From an uncultured Bacteroidales bacterium (GTDB taxonomy: Bacteria > Bacteroidota > Bacteroidia > Bacteroidales > ML635J-15), in contig CAYOUD010000001.1 of the NCBI GenBank assembly GCA_964407055.1, forward strand, positions 11,838-58,724: 46,887 bases of DNA, in the 5' to 3' direction. Position 1 is the stretch's first letter. The number at the start of each line of letters is the position of its first letter. This document shows positions 9,430 through 19,642 of this stretch, piece by piece. Made by a program: the position numbers and the translations under genes. Below the pieces are notes generated by a model. It searched no databases and was not told the origin of the DNA. It worked only from the letters and a program-made list of their open reading frames with translations.

Positions 9430-12400
9430 ATGATAAAACTAGTTAAAATATTTTTTCTGAGCATTTTTCTGATTAGCATTTTCTGCTCTAAATCAGCATT
9501 TGCACAATATAACCCCATTGGAGTGCCCAAAATTACAAATTTTGAATCAAAAGACTATGGTTATGAGAGCCAAAACTTTGATATTAGTCAGGGAAAAGAT
9601 GGATTGATTTATTTTGGAAACACAAACGGCATCATTGAGTATGATAATCATTCATGGGATATTATTCGAATGTCAGGAACGCCATCCATTGATGTGGACT
9701 GTTATGAGAGGAATTTTGTGGGTGGATTTAATACCATTGGGTATTTGAAAAAAACCCGTTATGGAACAAAATTAATTTCTCTTTTAAATCAAGAAATTGA
9801 AAAACCCGGACAAATAAATAAAATTGTAGCATTATGTGGAGAATGTTTTTTTGCGACTGACACTTGTATTTATAAATATCAGAATGATGAGCTTTCAATC
9901 TTTTTGTCCGATAGAAAACCTGTAAAGATTTTTAAAGTTGCAGGAGAATTGTATGTCCATATCATGGAAAAAGGATTGTTACATTATAAGAATGGTAATC
10001 TAGAACAAATTGAAGGACTGTCTCAATTTAAAGATTATGGATTTCATGATATTACTTATTTTGATGGAAATCTGGTGTTTAAACCAAGGCGGAGTATCGG
10101 TTTGTTTGTGCAAACAGAGCAAGGTAGTAAGCGTTTTAAAACGCAAATTGATAAAATGTTACAGGATGCAAATGTTTCCCGTTTAGTGAATTATCGAAAC
10201 GAATACCTTATTATTGGAACCGAAGTAAATGGGATTTTCATTATCGACAAGCAGGGAAAATTAGTTTTCCACTTTAATAAATCAAGCGGATTGGCGGATA
10301 ATCATATTTCTAATATATTCATTGATAAAGAACGACAAATATGGGTCAGTACATTTAATGGGATAAGTTACATTGATTTCTCATCTCCTTTTACATACTT
10401 CACAAGTAATCAACGATTAAATGTGTCTATCCTATCAGTTACCCAACACAAAAATCGCCTGTATTTAAGTACAAATCAGGGTGTCTATTATAAAATGGAG
10501 CCTAAAAAGCGAAGTGTAAATTTTGATTATAACGATTTCCTCAGCCTTTTCGAAAAGGTAGAAAATCTAAATTTAAGAGTAAAAAAACTGGTAAGTCTTA
10601 ATGATTTTCTTTATGCGTGTACAGATTATGGTTTATTCCTTATTCGGGATGGAGATGCAGAACTTTTGCTCGAAGGTGATTTTGAAGATTTAACAGAGTC
10701 GCAATTTTACTTGGATCAAATATATATATCGACAAGTAATGGTTTATTGCTTGCATCGCAAGTGGCTAATGAAGAGCTGGAGAAAATTGGTTATATTAAA
10801 AATCTTGATTACAGCATACGAACTATAGCTGAAGATCAGAATGGACGGGTTTGGTTAGGGTCAAATAACGACGGGCTTTTTCGGGTTGATTTTACAAAGC
10901 CTTCAGAATTAAATTCCGCATTTGTCCACATTCAGCGTGGATACGGATTACCTGTTAATTACGATTGGATTGATGTATATAAAACCAGAACCGGCATTTT
11001 GTTTTCTACCTATAATGGTGTTTACCGATATAATGAAAATTCACTTTTTGTAAAAGACAGCCTCCTAGGTTTGAACTTTTCCAGTGATAAAAGATGGGTT
11101 TATCCCATACATGAAGATGAAAAGGGTAATTTGTGGTTTTCCAGTGGGCTTAAAGATACCTATCGGAAACAAAGTGGGATTGCGGTTTTTAACCCTGAAA
11201 AAGGAAATTATAACCTCAGGTTTAGTCCGTTTCAACTAATTTCTGATCGTACCATTGAAAGTATTTACAGAGATAAGACAGGAGTCACTTGGTTCGGTAG
11301 TATCAACGGGCTAATCCGTTATCAGGACAATCATATTCCTAGCGATACAAGTAGTGTTCCTTGTATCTTGCGACATGTTTCGATTGAAGGAGATACCGTA
11401 TTATTTGATAAATCAGTTTTTACAAATCAAAGTAATCTACTGAACTCTCCTGTTGTTTTCACACACAGACAAAATAATATCCGCTTTGAGTTTTCTGCTC
11501 CGTTTTATCAATCAGGAGACAACCTTTCTTATCAAACAAAACTCGAAGGTTTTCAGGATGAATGGACAGAATGGGCTCCTGAATATTATAAAGAATACAC
11601 AAATCTGAGAAGCAATAATTATGTTTTTAAAGTTCGCGCAAGAAGTCCATTTAGTCAGGTTTCTGAAACAACGAACTTTGAGTTTACAGTAAAAACACCA
11701 TTATATCTTGCGTGGTGGGCATTTGTCTTTTATTTAGCATTTGGCTCCAGTTTGGTGTATATGTTGAATAAACGTCGTGAGTACCATCACACAAAAGAAA
11801 AATATGAACTTGAAAGTATTATCGCGTCCCGAACTGAAGAGTTGCTCAAACAAAAAGAACAAACTGAACGTCTCGTAAATAGAATATTACCTAAACGTAC
11901 TGTGGAAGAAATTCGTACCAAAGGGAAAGCCAGCTCAAAAAGATACGAAATGGCCACAGTGCTATTTGCAGACATTCAGGGTTTTACAAAAATTGCAGAA
12001 GAAACACGACCGGAAATTCTGATTAAGCAGCTTGATATTATTTTTAAATCGTTTGATGAGGTTATTGAAAAATATGATATCGAAAAAATTAAAACAATTG
12101 GCGATGCTTACATGTGTGCCGGTGGAATTCCAACATCTAATAGTACAAATCCAATTGAAGTTGCGCTTGCTGCATTGGAAATGCAAACAGTCGTTTCTCA
12201 AATCAACAAAGAAGAATCAGTTGATTTTAAAGTGCGAATTGGTGTGCATACCGGTCCGCTTGTCGCTGGAGTGATTGGAACACAACGAATTGCTTACGAT
12301 ATTTGGGGAGACACCGTAAATATTGCAAGCCGCATGGAAACTCATGGGGAAGTTTCTCAGGTTAATATTTCAGCGACGACTTATTCCCATGTGAAAGACT

Positions 12401-13122
12401 TTCTCCATTGTATGTACCGAGGGAAAAATCCGGTAAAATACAAAGGCGATTTGGACATGTATTACATTAAGGGAATTCGTCCGGAGCTGTCTAAAGGACG
12501 CTCATTAATTGCTCCAAATGAAAATTTCATCATTAAGTTACAAATGGTTCGCTTACAGGATTTACAAAATGATATTCTCGACAAACTTGAAAAGAACCTG
12601 CCGAAAAATTTGTATTATCACAACTTGAAACATACGGTAAATGTATTTTATCAAACTGAAACCATTGCCAGATTAGAGGGTGTTAACGAAAGACAAATGT
12701 TGCATTTGAAAACCGCTGCACTTTTTCATGATATCGGATATCTTGTCAGTTATGATTATCACGAAGAAAAGGGGGTAGAAATTGCACAAAAAACCTTGCC
12801 CGGATATCATTATTCACAGGAGCAGATATCACAGATTTCCGAACTTATTCTGGCTACAAAAGCGCCACAAAAACCACAGAATTTATTGCAGGAAATCATT
12901 TGTGATGCCGATTTGGATTATCTCGGTCGTCCTGACTTTATCCCAACTTCACAAAATCTTTTCAGAGAATTGTTTGATCGCAATAAAATCGGAACCATTG
13001 AACAATGGAACCGAATGCAAATGAAATTCATGGAAAAACATCACTACTTCACAGCAAGTGCGAGAAAACTACGTGAACCGGAAAAACAAAAACGTCTGGC
13101 AGAATTGAAAAAAATGCTATAA
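9430..13122 (+). CDS. Periplasmic propeller/Y_Y_Y sensor fused to a class III adenylate/guanylate cyclase and a C-terminal HD domain
   Basis: Signal peptide, then ~730 aa with two-component-regulator-propeller-like repeats and a Y_Y_Y-like segment (NNYVFKVRARS). A TM helix follows (LAWWAFVFYLAFGSSLVYML). Cyclase motifs are present (VLFADIQGFT, KTIGDAYMCAGG, RIGVHTGPLVAGVIG, YDIWGDTVNIASRME), as are HD motifs (HNLKHT, LFHDIGY, CDADLDYLG). Confidence 0.8.
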   Translation: MIKLVKIFFLSIFLISIFCSKSAFAQYNPIGVPKITNFESKDYGYESQNFDISQGKDGLIYFGNTNGIIEYDNHSWDIIRMSGTPSIDVDCYERNFVGGFNTIGYLKKTRYGTKLISLLNQEIEKPGQINKIVALCGECFFATDTCIYKYQNDELSIFLSDRKPVKIFKVAGELYVHIMEKGLLHYKNGNLEQIEGLSQFKDYGFHDITYFDGNLVFKPRRSIGLFVQTEQGSKRFKTQIDKMLQDANVSRLVNYRNEYLIIGTEVNGIFIIDKQGKLVFHFNKSSGLADNHISNIFIDKERQIWVSTFNGISYIDFSSPFTYFTSNQRLNVSILSVTQHKNRLYLSTNQGVYYKMEPKKRSVNFDYNDFLSLFEKVENLNLRVKKLVSLNDFLYACTDYGLFLIRDGDAELLLEGDFEDLTESQFYLDQIYISTSNGLLLASQVANEELEKIGYIKNLDYSIRTIAEDQNGRVWLGSNNDGLFRVDFTKPSELNSAFVHIQRGYGLPVNYDWIDVYKTRTGILFSTYNGVYRYNENSLFVKDSLLGLNFSSDKRWVYPIHEDEKGNLWFSSGLKDTYRKQSGIAVFNPEKGNYNLRFSPFQLISDRTIESIYRDKTGVTWFGSINGLIRYQDNHIPSDTSSVPCILRHVSIEGDTVLFDKSVFTNQSNLLNSPVVFTHRQNNIRFEFSAPFYQSGDNLSYQTKLEGFQDEWTEWAPEYYKEYTNLRSNNYVFKVRARSPFSQVSETTNFEFTVKTPLYLAWWAFVFYLAFGSSLVYMLNKRREYHHTKEKYELESIIASRTEELLKQKEQTERLVNRILPKRTVEEIRTKGKASSKRYEMATVLFADIQGFTKIAEETRPEILIKQLDIIFKSFDEVIEKYDIEKIKTIGDAYMCAGGIPTSNSTNPIEVALAALEMQTVVSQINKEESVDFKVRIGVHTGPLVAGVIGTQRIAYDIWGDTVNIASRMETHGEVSQVNISATTYSHVKDFLHCMYRGKNPVKYKGDLDMYYIKGIRPELSKGRSLIAPNENFIIKLQMVRLQDLQNDILDKLEKNLPKNLYYHNLKHTVNVFYQTETIARLEGVNERQMLHLKTAALFHDIGYLVSYDYHEEKGVEIAQKTLPGYHYSQEQISQISELILATKAPQKPQNLLQEIICDADLDYLGRPDFIPTSQNLFRELFDRNKIGTIEQWNRMQMKFMEKHHYFTASARKLREPEKQKRLAELKKML

Positions 13123-13356
13123 TGCCTCCATCTCATCTGCAGAAAAATCTTTGCGGTTTTGGTTGATAATTTCACGTGCTTTGATTAAGTGTTCACTGTT
13201 GACCATCAGCTTAACAGAGTCAATCTGACGGAAAACAGAGGAGCTATTTATCCAGGATTCAATTCCAACTTCTTTTAATAATCCTTGCAAAATATTTGCA
13301 CGATACGTATAGCGAAAAATCGCTACGCAAACTAAATGTTTATCATCTTTATTCAT
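13117..13356 (-). CDS. Small DUF2007-like protein (family call tentative)
   Basis: 79-aa ORF convergent with the cyclase gene and overlapping it by 6 nt. The small alpha/beta-like sequence recalls DUF2007. Confidence 0.45.
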   Translation of the reverse strand: MNKDDKHLVCVAIFRYTYRANILQGLLKEVGIESWINSSSVFRQIDSVKLMVNSEHLIKAREIINQNRKDFSADEMEAL

Positions 13357-13487
13357 AAAATATCATTTTTATACTTTTAACGCATTTGTTGGATTGTAAG
13401 TTACAAATAAATGTAATCATTTTAAAATTCGCACCATGATAAGCCATTAATTGGAGTTGATGATTTCTTAAACCAGACTTAATATCT

Positions 13488-13495
13488 TATCTTTG
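13488..13495 (+). promoter_or_regulatory. Candidate Bacteroidota -7 box (TAnnTTTG) for nadB
   Basis: TATCTTTG lies 19 nt upstream of the nadB ATG. Confidence 0.35.
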
Positions 13496-13513
13496 TACTT
13501 TATACACTGAAAA

Positions 13514-15091
13514 ATGGAAACACGCGTTGATTTTCTGATAATCGGTTCTGGTATTGCAGGTTTAAGTTTCGCACTAAAAGTTGCAGAAAAATCTTCGGTT
13601 TTTGTTGTCACAAAATCAAAACTGGCTGATACAGCTACAGCCTATGCACAGGGTGGAATTGCTGCAGTAACCTACCAGCCCGATAGTTTTGAAAAACATG
13701 TTGCAGATACTTTAAATGCCGGTTCATATCTTAATCATAAAGAAACCGTTAAAATTGTTGTGGAAGAAGGACCCAGTCGGGTTAAAGAACTTATCCGATG
13801 GGGAGCATCTTTTGATAAAACAGGAAAAGGAACTTTCAATCTACACCGAGAAGGAGGCCATTCTGAAAACCGTGTGCTCCACCACAAAGACAATACAGGT
13901 GAGGAAATTCAGAAAACACTAATTAAGCAAGTAAAACAGCATCCGAATATTCAGGTTTTTGAAGACCATTTTGCCATTGACTTAATAACAGAACATCACA
14001 TGGGGGAGCTGGTTAGACGTAATACTCCGAACATTGAGTGTTATGGCGCCTATGTATTTGATAAAAACAAAAAACAGATTTTCACTGTGCTTGCAAAGGC
14101 TACTTTATTAGCAACCGGAGGCTGTGGGAATGTGTATTTGAATACGACAAATCCGGAAGTGATTACCGGCGATGGAATTGCAATGACTTATCGGGCAAGA
14201 GGCATGGTTGAGAATATGGAATTCATGCAATTTCATCCTACAGCGCTTTATAACCCAAAATCAACCCAAACATTTTTAATTACAGAAGCGTTAAGAGGTT
14301 CAGGGGCTATTTTGCGCAACATCAAAGGCAATGCCTTTATGGATAAATATGATTCCCGTGGTTCATTAGCTCCAAGGGATATTGTTGCGCGTGCAATTGA
14401 CAGCGAAATGAAAAATTCTGGTTCAGATCATGTGTTTCTCGATGCAACTGCCGTAGGTGCTGATATCTTAAACGCGGAGTTTCCCAACATTTATAAAAAA
14501 TGTAAGGATATTGGAATTGACCCTGTCAAAGATTATATCCCGGTTGTACCGGCAGCACATTATCTCTGCGGCGGGATTACGGTAAACTATAATGCAGAAA
14601 GCTCTATCCACAGATTGTATGCGGTTGGAGAAGTTGCCCACACTGGGCTTCATGGCGCAAATCGTCTGGCATCTAATTCTTTATTAGAAGCCGTTGTGTT
14701 TTCTGATAGAGCAGCGAAGCATGCATTAAAAACGATAGATTCTGTTGATTGGCAAGATAATATCCCGGAATGGGACGATGAAGGAACTATTCCGAATGAA
14801 GAAATGATTTTAATTACCCAATCATGGAAAGAAACACAATCCATTATGAGTAATTATGTGGGAATTGTGCGTTCTAATCTACGCATGAAACGCGCATTAG
14901 ATCGATTGGAGATATTGTATCGAGAAACTGAAGACTTGTATAAAAAGTCAAAAGTTACTGTAAAAATATGCGAACTTAGAAACCTGATAAACGTGGGATA
15001 TTTAATTATTAAAATGGCACAGGAGCGTAAAGAATCTATTGGTTTGCATTGTAATATTGATTATCCTAAAAATAGTAATGCAACTAAATAA
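13514..15091 (+). CDS. nadB: L-aspartate oxidase
   Basis: An FAD GxGxxG N-terminus (DFLIIGSGIAGLS), YAQGGIAA, HREGGHS and a HPTAL...ITEALRG core typical of NadB; 525 aa. Confidence 0.9.
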   Translation: METRVDFLIIGSGIAGLSFALKVAEKSSVFVVTKSKLADTATAYAQGGIAAVTYQPDSFEKHVADTLNAGSYLNHKETVKIVVEEGPSRVKELIRWGASFDKTGKGTFNLHREGGHSENRVLHHKDNTGEEIQKTLIKQVKQHPNIQVFEDHFAIDLITEHHMGELVRRNTPNIECYGAYVFDKNKKQIFTVLAKATLLATGGCGNVYLNTTNPEVITGDGIAMTYRARGMVENMEFMQFHPTALYNPKSTQTFLITEALRGSGAILRNIKGNAFMDKYDSRGSLAPRDIVARAIDSEMKNSGSDHVFLDATAVGADILNAEFPNIYKKCKDIGIDPVKDYIPVVPAAHYLCGGITVNYNAESSIHRLYAVGEVAHTGLHGANRLASNSLLEAVVFSDRAAKHALKTIDSVDWQDNIPEWDDEGTIPNEEMILITQSWKETQSIMSNYVGIVRSNLRMKRALDRLEILYRETEDLYKKSKVTVKICELRNLINVGYLIIKMAQERKESIGLHCNIDYPKNSNATK

Positions 15092-15126
15092 ATAAATTTA
15101 ACATCTCTGTATAGCACAAACTAAAA

Positions 15127-17268
15127 ATGAAGTCTATGAAAATTAAATTACTTTGGATTGTACTTTTTATTGGCCTTTTTGGCGCAAATTCCTTCGCAAA
15201 GGAGGTTCCCAAATCTGTTGCGGAAAAAGTGGCTAAGCAATTTTATTATCAACGAGTAAATCAAATGAAATCTGTTGATTTACAGTCAATTGAACTCCGT
15301 CTAATAACCACAAAACAAAAAAATGCACAGCAAACTTATTATGCATTTAATGTGAATGATAATGATGGTTTTGTGTTGGTTTCTGGACAAAGTTCCGTAA
15401 AACCGGTGCTTGCCTATGCATTTAAAGGTTCATTCAATATGGATAACATGCATCCCGGTCAGGCTGAAATGTTGGAATGGTATGAAAACCAAATTGCTTA
15501 TACAGGAGAAGTAAACCTTCCTGCTTCAGTTGAGATTGAAAAACAATGGAATGATTTGATACATTTTAACATTGGAGATGAAATTAAATCATATCGAAAT
15601 GTAGAGCCAATGTTATTGGTAACATGGAATCAATCTGCACCTTATAATGCAATGTGTCCTGAAGATGCAGCTGCAGCTGGTGGGCGTGTTCCGGTTGGTT
15701 GTGTTGCAACTGCAATGTTGCAGGTGATGAAACATTATAACTATCCCGAAACAGGAACCGGTTCTACAACACACTATAGTTTTTCTAACGGTGGATATGG
15801 AAACATAACGGTTAATTTTGCAAATCAAACGTATAACTGGGAAGGAATGCCATTATCAGCAAGCGGTTACAATGAAGAACTTGCAAAGATAAATTTCCAT
15901 GCAGGGGTTGCTGTTAAAATGTATTGGGGTCCCACAGGTTCTGGAACAAGTACCTCCAGAGTGCCTGATGCATTGGTAGATTATTTCCGTTATGATAATT
16001 CATGTCAGATAGTTAATAAAGATTATTATGGTGACACTGAATACAAAACTATTCTTAAGGATCAGCTGGATGATAATTTACCGATGGTTTATTCTGGATC
16101 TCCGGAATCAGGTGCAGGGCATGCATGGAATTGTGATGGTTATATAGATGATGAATTTCACATGAACTGGGGCTGGGGTGGTGCCGGCAACGGATATTAC
16201 ACGCTTGAGGACCTTGTTTCATCTGCAACGCCCGGTGGTGATGATTATAATTTCATTTACAGCCAAAATGCTGTCATTAACATTTATCCTGAAGCAAATT
16301 ATCCTGAATATTGTTCAGGAAGTAAAACCGTTATTGCTCATCAAGGTGCCTTTGGTGATGGCAGTGCCAACGAAGATTATAACAATAATATGGATTGTGA
16401 ATATTTAATTTCTCCCGAATGTGGTAATTTAATTCGTCTGGGATTTGAACGTTTTGACCTTGGTGATGGCGATGTCCTTACTTTATATGATGGAAGCACA
16501 ACTGCCGGAACGCTTTTAGGCACATTTGATGCAGATAACCTTCCAGGAAGTACTACCATTAATGCGAATACAGGGAATTTATTAATGCGTTTTCAAACCG
16601 ATGGTAGTTCTACCGGAAAAGGATGGTATATAAGTTTTGATACTGAGTATTGTGGTTCAAGCACAGCTTATACCGATCAGAGCGGTATGGTATCTGATGG
16701 TAGCGGAAGCTGTGATTATCAAAAATCTACCGTTTGTTTTTGGCATATTGAGCCGGAAGGTGCGGAGGCTGTGAGATTAGACTTCTCAGAATTTGATCTT
16801 GCCGATGGTATGGATTATGTGAATGTGTATGCAAATTCTACTTCTAACTTAGTGGAAACCTTTGATTCTGAGAACATTCCGGAATCTATTGTTGTGAATG
16901 CACCAAAAGCAATCATCTTGTTTTATGCAAATTCCGATGATAATGTTGCTGGAGGATGGGCTGCGAATTATGCGTCCACAGAGTCTGATATTGAGCGCAT
17001 TGAATTATTGCACGGTGTAAACCTTTACCCCAACCCTGCCAGTCAAGACGTGAATTTAGCATTCAGTTTAAGTCAACCAGAAACCGTGCATATTAAAGTT
17101 TATGATATGTTAGGTAAAACGCTGGCTGAAACAAATTTTAATGCTCCTATCGGATATCAAAAAGTCAGAATTAATCAATTTGTGGACTTTCCTGAGGCAG
17201 GATTATATTTTGTTGATATTGAGGTAAAAGGACAAGTTGTAACACGGAAATTAAGTATTATAAAATAG
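15127..17268 (+). CDS. Secreted C10-family (streptopain-like) cysteine peptidase with two CUB-like domains and a T9SS C-terminal sorting domain
   Basis: Signal peptide and an N-terminal propeptide-like region. The catalytic Cys context is NQSAPYNAMCP...GCVATAMLQVMKHYNYP, and a GHAWNCDGY His motif is present. Two repeats are CUB-like (CEYLISPECGN.., CFWHIEPEGAE..). The C-terminus is LYPNPASQDVNLAF...GLYFVDIEV. Confidence 0.8.
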   Translation: MKSMKIKLLWIVLFIGLFGANSFAKEVPKSVAEKVAKQFYYQRVNQMKSVDLQSIELRLITTKQKNAQQTYYAFNVNDNDGFVLVSGQSSVKPVLAYAFKGSFNMDNMHPGQAEMLEWYENQIAYTGEVNLPASVEIEKQWNDLIHFNIGDEIKSYRNVEPMLLVTWNQSAPYNAMCPEDAAAAGGRVPVGCVATAMLQVMKHYNYPETGTGSTTHYSFSNGGYGNITVNFANQTYNWEGMPLSASGYNEELAKINFHAGVAVKMYWGPTGSGTSTSRVPDALVDYFRYDNSCQIVNKDYYGDTEYKTILKDQLDDNLPMVYSGSPESGAGHAWNCDGYIDDEFHMNWGWGGAGNGYYTLEDLVSSATPGGDDYNFIYSQNAVINIYPEANYPEYCSGSKTVIAHQGAFGDGSANEDYNNNMDCEYLISPECGNLIRLGFERFDLGDGDVLTLYDGSTTAGTLLGTFDADNLPGSTTINANTGNLLMRFQTDGSSTGKGWYISFDTEYCGSSTAYTDQSGMVSDGSGSCDYQKSTVCFWHIEPEGAEAVRLDFSEFDLADGMDYVNVYANSTSNLVETFDSENIPESIVVNAPKAIILFYANSDDNVAGGWAANYASTESDIERIELLHGVNLYPNPASQDVNLAFSLSQPETVHIKVYDMLGKTLAETNFNAPIGYQKVRINQFVDFPEAGLYFVDIEVKGQVVTRKLSIIK

Positions 17269-17288
17269 GATTATTTTAATCTAAGCAT

Positions 17289-17327
17289 AAAAAAACTTCG
17301 CCAAAAAAATTTAGCGAAGTTTTTTTA
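17289..17327. terminator. Bidirectional intrinsic terminator between convergent genes
   Basis: AAAAAAACTTCGC / GCGAAGTTTTTTT inverted repeat with a 12-nt loop and A/T runs on both sides. Confidence 0.6.
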
Positions 17328-17344
17328 TTTTTTCAAAATTCAGC

Positions 17345-17965
17345 TTAGGCTAGTTTCAAATTTAATCCTTCAAGGTAACCGGAAACAATCTTTTGAATAT
17401 ATTTTCCGATAATATCAAACTCCAGATTTACAACAGTTCCTTTTTTAAACGTGTGAAAGTTTGTCACATCATAAGTGAACGGAATAATAGCAACAGCAAA
17501 TTGATCATCCTTAGAATTAACCACTGTCAGAGAAACTCCATTGACAGAGACACTTCCTTTTTCAACCGTGATATTTCCTTTAGAGCGATCATATTCGAAA
17601 GTGAAATACCAACTGCCGTCTGCCTCTTTAACATCAATACAAGTTGCTGTTTGATCTACGTGACCCTGCACCATGTGTCCGTCCAGCAGTTTGTCCATTG
17701 TCATTGAGCGCTCTAAATTCACTTTGTCACCAACTTGGAGTAGCCCGAGGTTTGATTTAATTAGCGTTTCATCAATCGCCGTTACCGTGTATTGTTTTTT
17801 TGCTTTGTCAACATTGACAACCGTTAAGCAAACACCGTTATGAGAAACACTTTGATCAATTTTCAATTTGTCTGCATAAGTACATTCAAGGGTAATGTGT
17901 AAGTTTCCCTTATCTTTTTCCAATGTTATAACTTTTGCAGCTTCTTCAACAATTCCTGAAAACAT
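17345..17965 (-). CDS. ribE: Riboflavin synthase alpha chain
   Basis: MFSGIVEE N-terminus and two lumazine-binding repeats (SVSHNGVCLTV / SVSVNGVSLTV); 206 aa. Confidence 0.9.
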   Translation of the reverse strand: MFSGIVEEAAKVITLEKDKGNLHITLECTYADKLKIDQSVSHNGVCLTVVNVDKAKKQYTVTAIDETLIKSNLGLLQVGDKVNLERSMTMDKLLDGHMVQGHVDQTATCIDVKEADGSWYFTFEYDRSKGNITVEKGSVSVNGVSLTVVNSKDDQFAVAIIPFTYDVTNFHTFKKGTVVNLEFDIIGKYIQKIVSGYLEGLNLKLA

Positions 17966-18046
17966 ATCTTTAAATTTAGTAGGTTTGTATTTCCAAAGGT
18001 GTAAAGGTAAAATTTCCTGTGGATTGCATCAAAAATATTTTCAAAT

Positions 18047-18481
18047 ATGAAGAAAAAAATTTCTCCTCGCATCATAAATTTCATTAATGAACATCATGTA
18101 TTAAGTCTTGTAACAGCTCATAAAGGGATTCCCTGGGTTGCTCAGTGTTTTTATGTTTGGATGGATGAAGAATATGCATTTTTGTTTACGAGTGACGAAG
18201 ATACACGTCATATAAAAGACAGTATGAGAACTAATTTTGTTGCAGGATCAATTGCGTTGGAAACAAAGTCGGTTGGAAAAATACGGGGAATACAATTACA
18301 GGGACATCTCGAAAAGGTAGATGGTGAGCTTTATAAAAAATGCAAAATTGCGTACATCAAAAAATATCCGTTTGCAATTTTATCAAAAACTGCCCTATGG
18401 ATTATCAGGCCAACGTTTTTTAAAATGACAGACAATCGATTTGGCTTTGGTAAAAAACTGTATTGGGGAGAGGACCGATGA
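18047..18481 (+). CDS. Pyridoxamine 5'-phosphate oxidase-fold protein (YhbP/UPF0306-like)
   Basis: 144 aa. The N-terminal INEHHVLSLVT... and GIQLQG segments resemble the split-barrel FMN-binding family. Confidence 0.55.
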   Translation: MKKKISPRIINFINEHHVLSLVTAHKGIPWVAQCFYVWMDEEYAFLFTSDEDTRHIKDSMRTNFVAGSIALETKSVGKIRGIQLQGHLEKVDGELYKKCKIAYIKKYPFAILSKTALWIIRPTFFKMTDNRFGFGKKLYWGEDR

Positions 18482-19338
18482 AATTAAATATTCACGACAT
18501 ATGGTCTGATTATGAGCTTATAGACAGTGGTGCGGGGAAAAAACTAGAGCGTTTCGGAGATTTAATTCTGATCCGTCCCGAAGCGTCGGCGAATCATAAA
18601 CCTGCAAAGGGAAGAACTGAATGGCAACGAACGGCACATGCTGAATTTGTCCAAAACGGAAGAACATCAGGAAATTGGGACATAATTTCTGCCCGTCCCG
18701 ATGTTTGGAATATAAAATTACCTAAATCGCTTAAAAACCTGAAAATAACACTTAAAAAAACCGGATTTAAACATGTGGGTGTTTTTCCTGAGCAGATTTT
18801 AAACTGGAACTTTATTGCTGAGCAAGCAGTTCCTGCGAATGCAAAAATGCTGAATTTATTCGGATACACTGGAGTTTCCTCGCTTGTTGCCTCTGCATTC
18901 GGATATGAAGTTTGCCATGTGGATGCACTAAAGCAGTTAGTATATTGGGGAAAGTCAATGATGCAAGAAAATGCACTGGAAAATATCCGTTGGATTTGCG
19001 ATGATGCTCCGGGCTTTGTGCAACGTGAAATTCGCCGTGAAAATTTGTATAATTTAATTCTCGCTGACCCTCCAGCTTTCGGATACGGGAAAGCAAAACG
19101 TCCTTGGAAGATAGAACGTGATTTGCCTTCTTTCATCCACAATATATCTCAAATTTTGTGTCAGGGTGGGCTGTTTTCGTTAAGTATTTACACACAATCA
19201 ATAGACACTCAACTCGTCTTAAATATGTGTAGAGAGCATGGTTTGAAAACAATACAAGTGAATGATGTGCTTGGTCTTGACAGGTCGGACAACTCAATTG
19301 ATCACGGACAGATTCTTTTTTTCCGTAAAGAAAAATGA
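18478..19338 (+). CDS. Class I SAM-dependent methyltransferase (RlmI/RlmK-type C-terminal catalytic domain)
   Basis: LNLFGYTGVSSLVA (motif I-like) and a LILADPPAFG catalytic motif. Preferred start is MKLNIHD at 18478, giving an ATGA overlap with the upstream stop. The track start at 18463 is less likely. Confidence 0.65.
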   Translation: MKLNIHDIWSDYELIDSGAGKKLERFGDLILIRPEASANHKPAKGRTEWQRTAHAEFVQNGRTSGNWDIISARPDVWNIKLPKSLKNLKITLKKTGFKHVGVFPEQILNWNFIAEQAVPANAKMLNLFGYTGVSSLVASAFGYEVCHVDALKQLVYWGKSMMQENALENIRWICDDAPGFVQREIRRENLYNLILADPPAFGYGKAKRPWKIERDLPSFIHNISQILCQGGLFSLSIYTQSIDTQLVLNMCREHGLKTIQVNDVLGLDRSDNSIDHGQILFFRKEK

Positions 19339-19642
19339 GCTTCTAATTCAAATGAAATTTAATCGGAACCACAATCAGTTTGCTTTTATGAAAATGGTCC
19401 GGTCGATCATATAGATTTTCTGAAATCAATAATAAACTCGTTTTTCGGAATTTTTCGTATGACTTGACCTTTATCTGTGCTATAAAATCGAGTATCCATA
19501 ATCTGCTGTTTTTTTACAATTATAACAAAATAAATGCCGGTCTGTTCATCGTTTAATTTTGAGTGATAATTTGGCAGTTTTAATGGTTTTCTGAAAATTT
19601 GACTGATAGTTTCATGCGGAATCGTTATTTTTACAAAGAAAT

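Noticed and set aside
17966-18046. FMN riboswitch upstream of ribE
   Set aside because: Only 81 nt separate ribE from the divergent gene, and none of the conserved FMN-element sequence blocks are visible.
18594-19142. Long antisense or alternative-frame ORFs in the track: 18594-19142, 18812-19096, 17393-17707, 26991-27299, 27124-27384, 29030-29413, 31300-31641, 34800-35114, 40214-40504, 41284-41505 and similar
   Set aside because: All lie entirely inside strongly supported genes on the opposite strand or in another frame. Their composition is odd (Cys/His/Arg-rich or low-complexity), so they are shadow ORFs.
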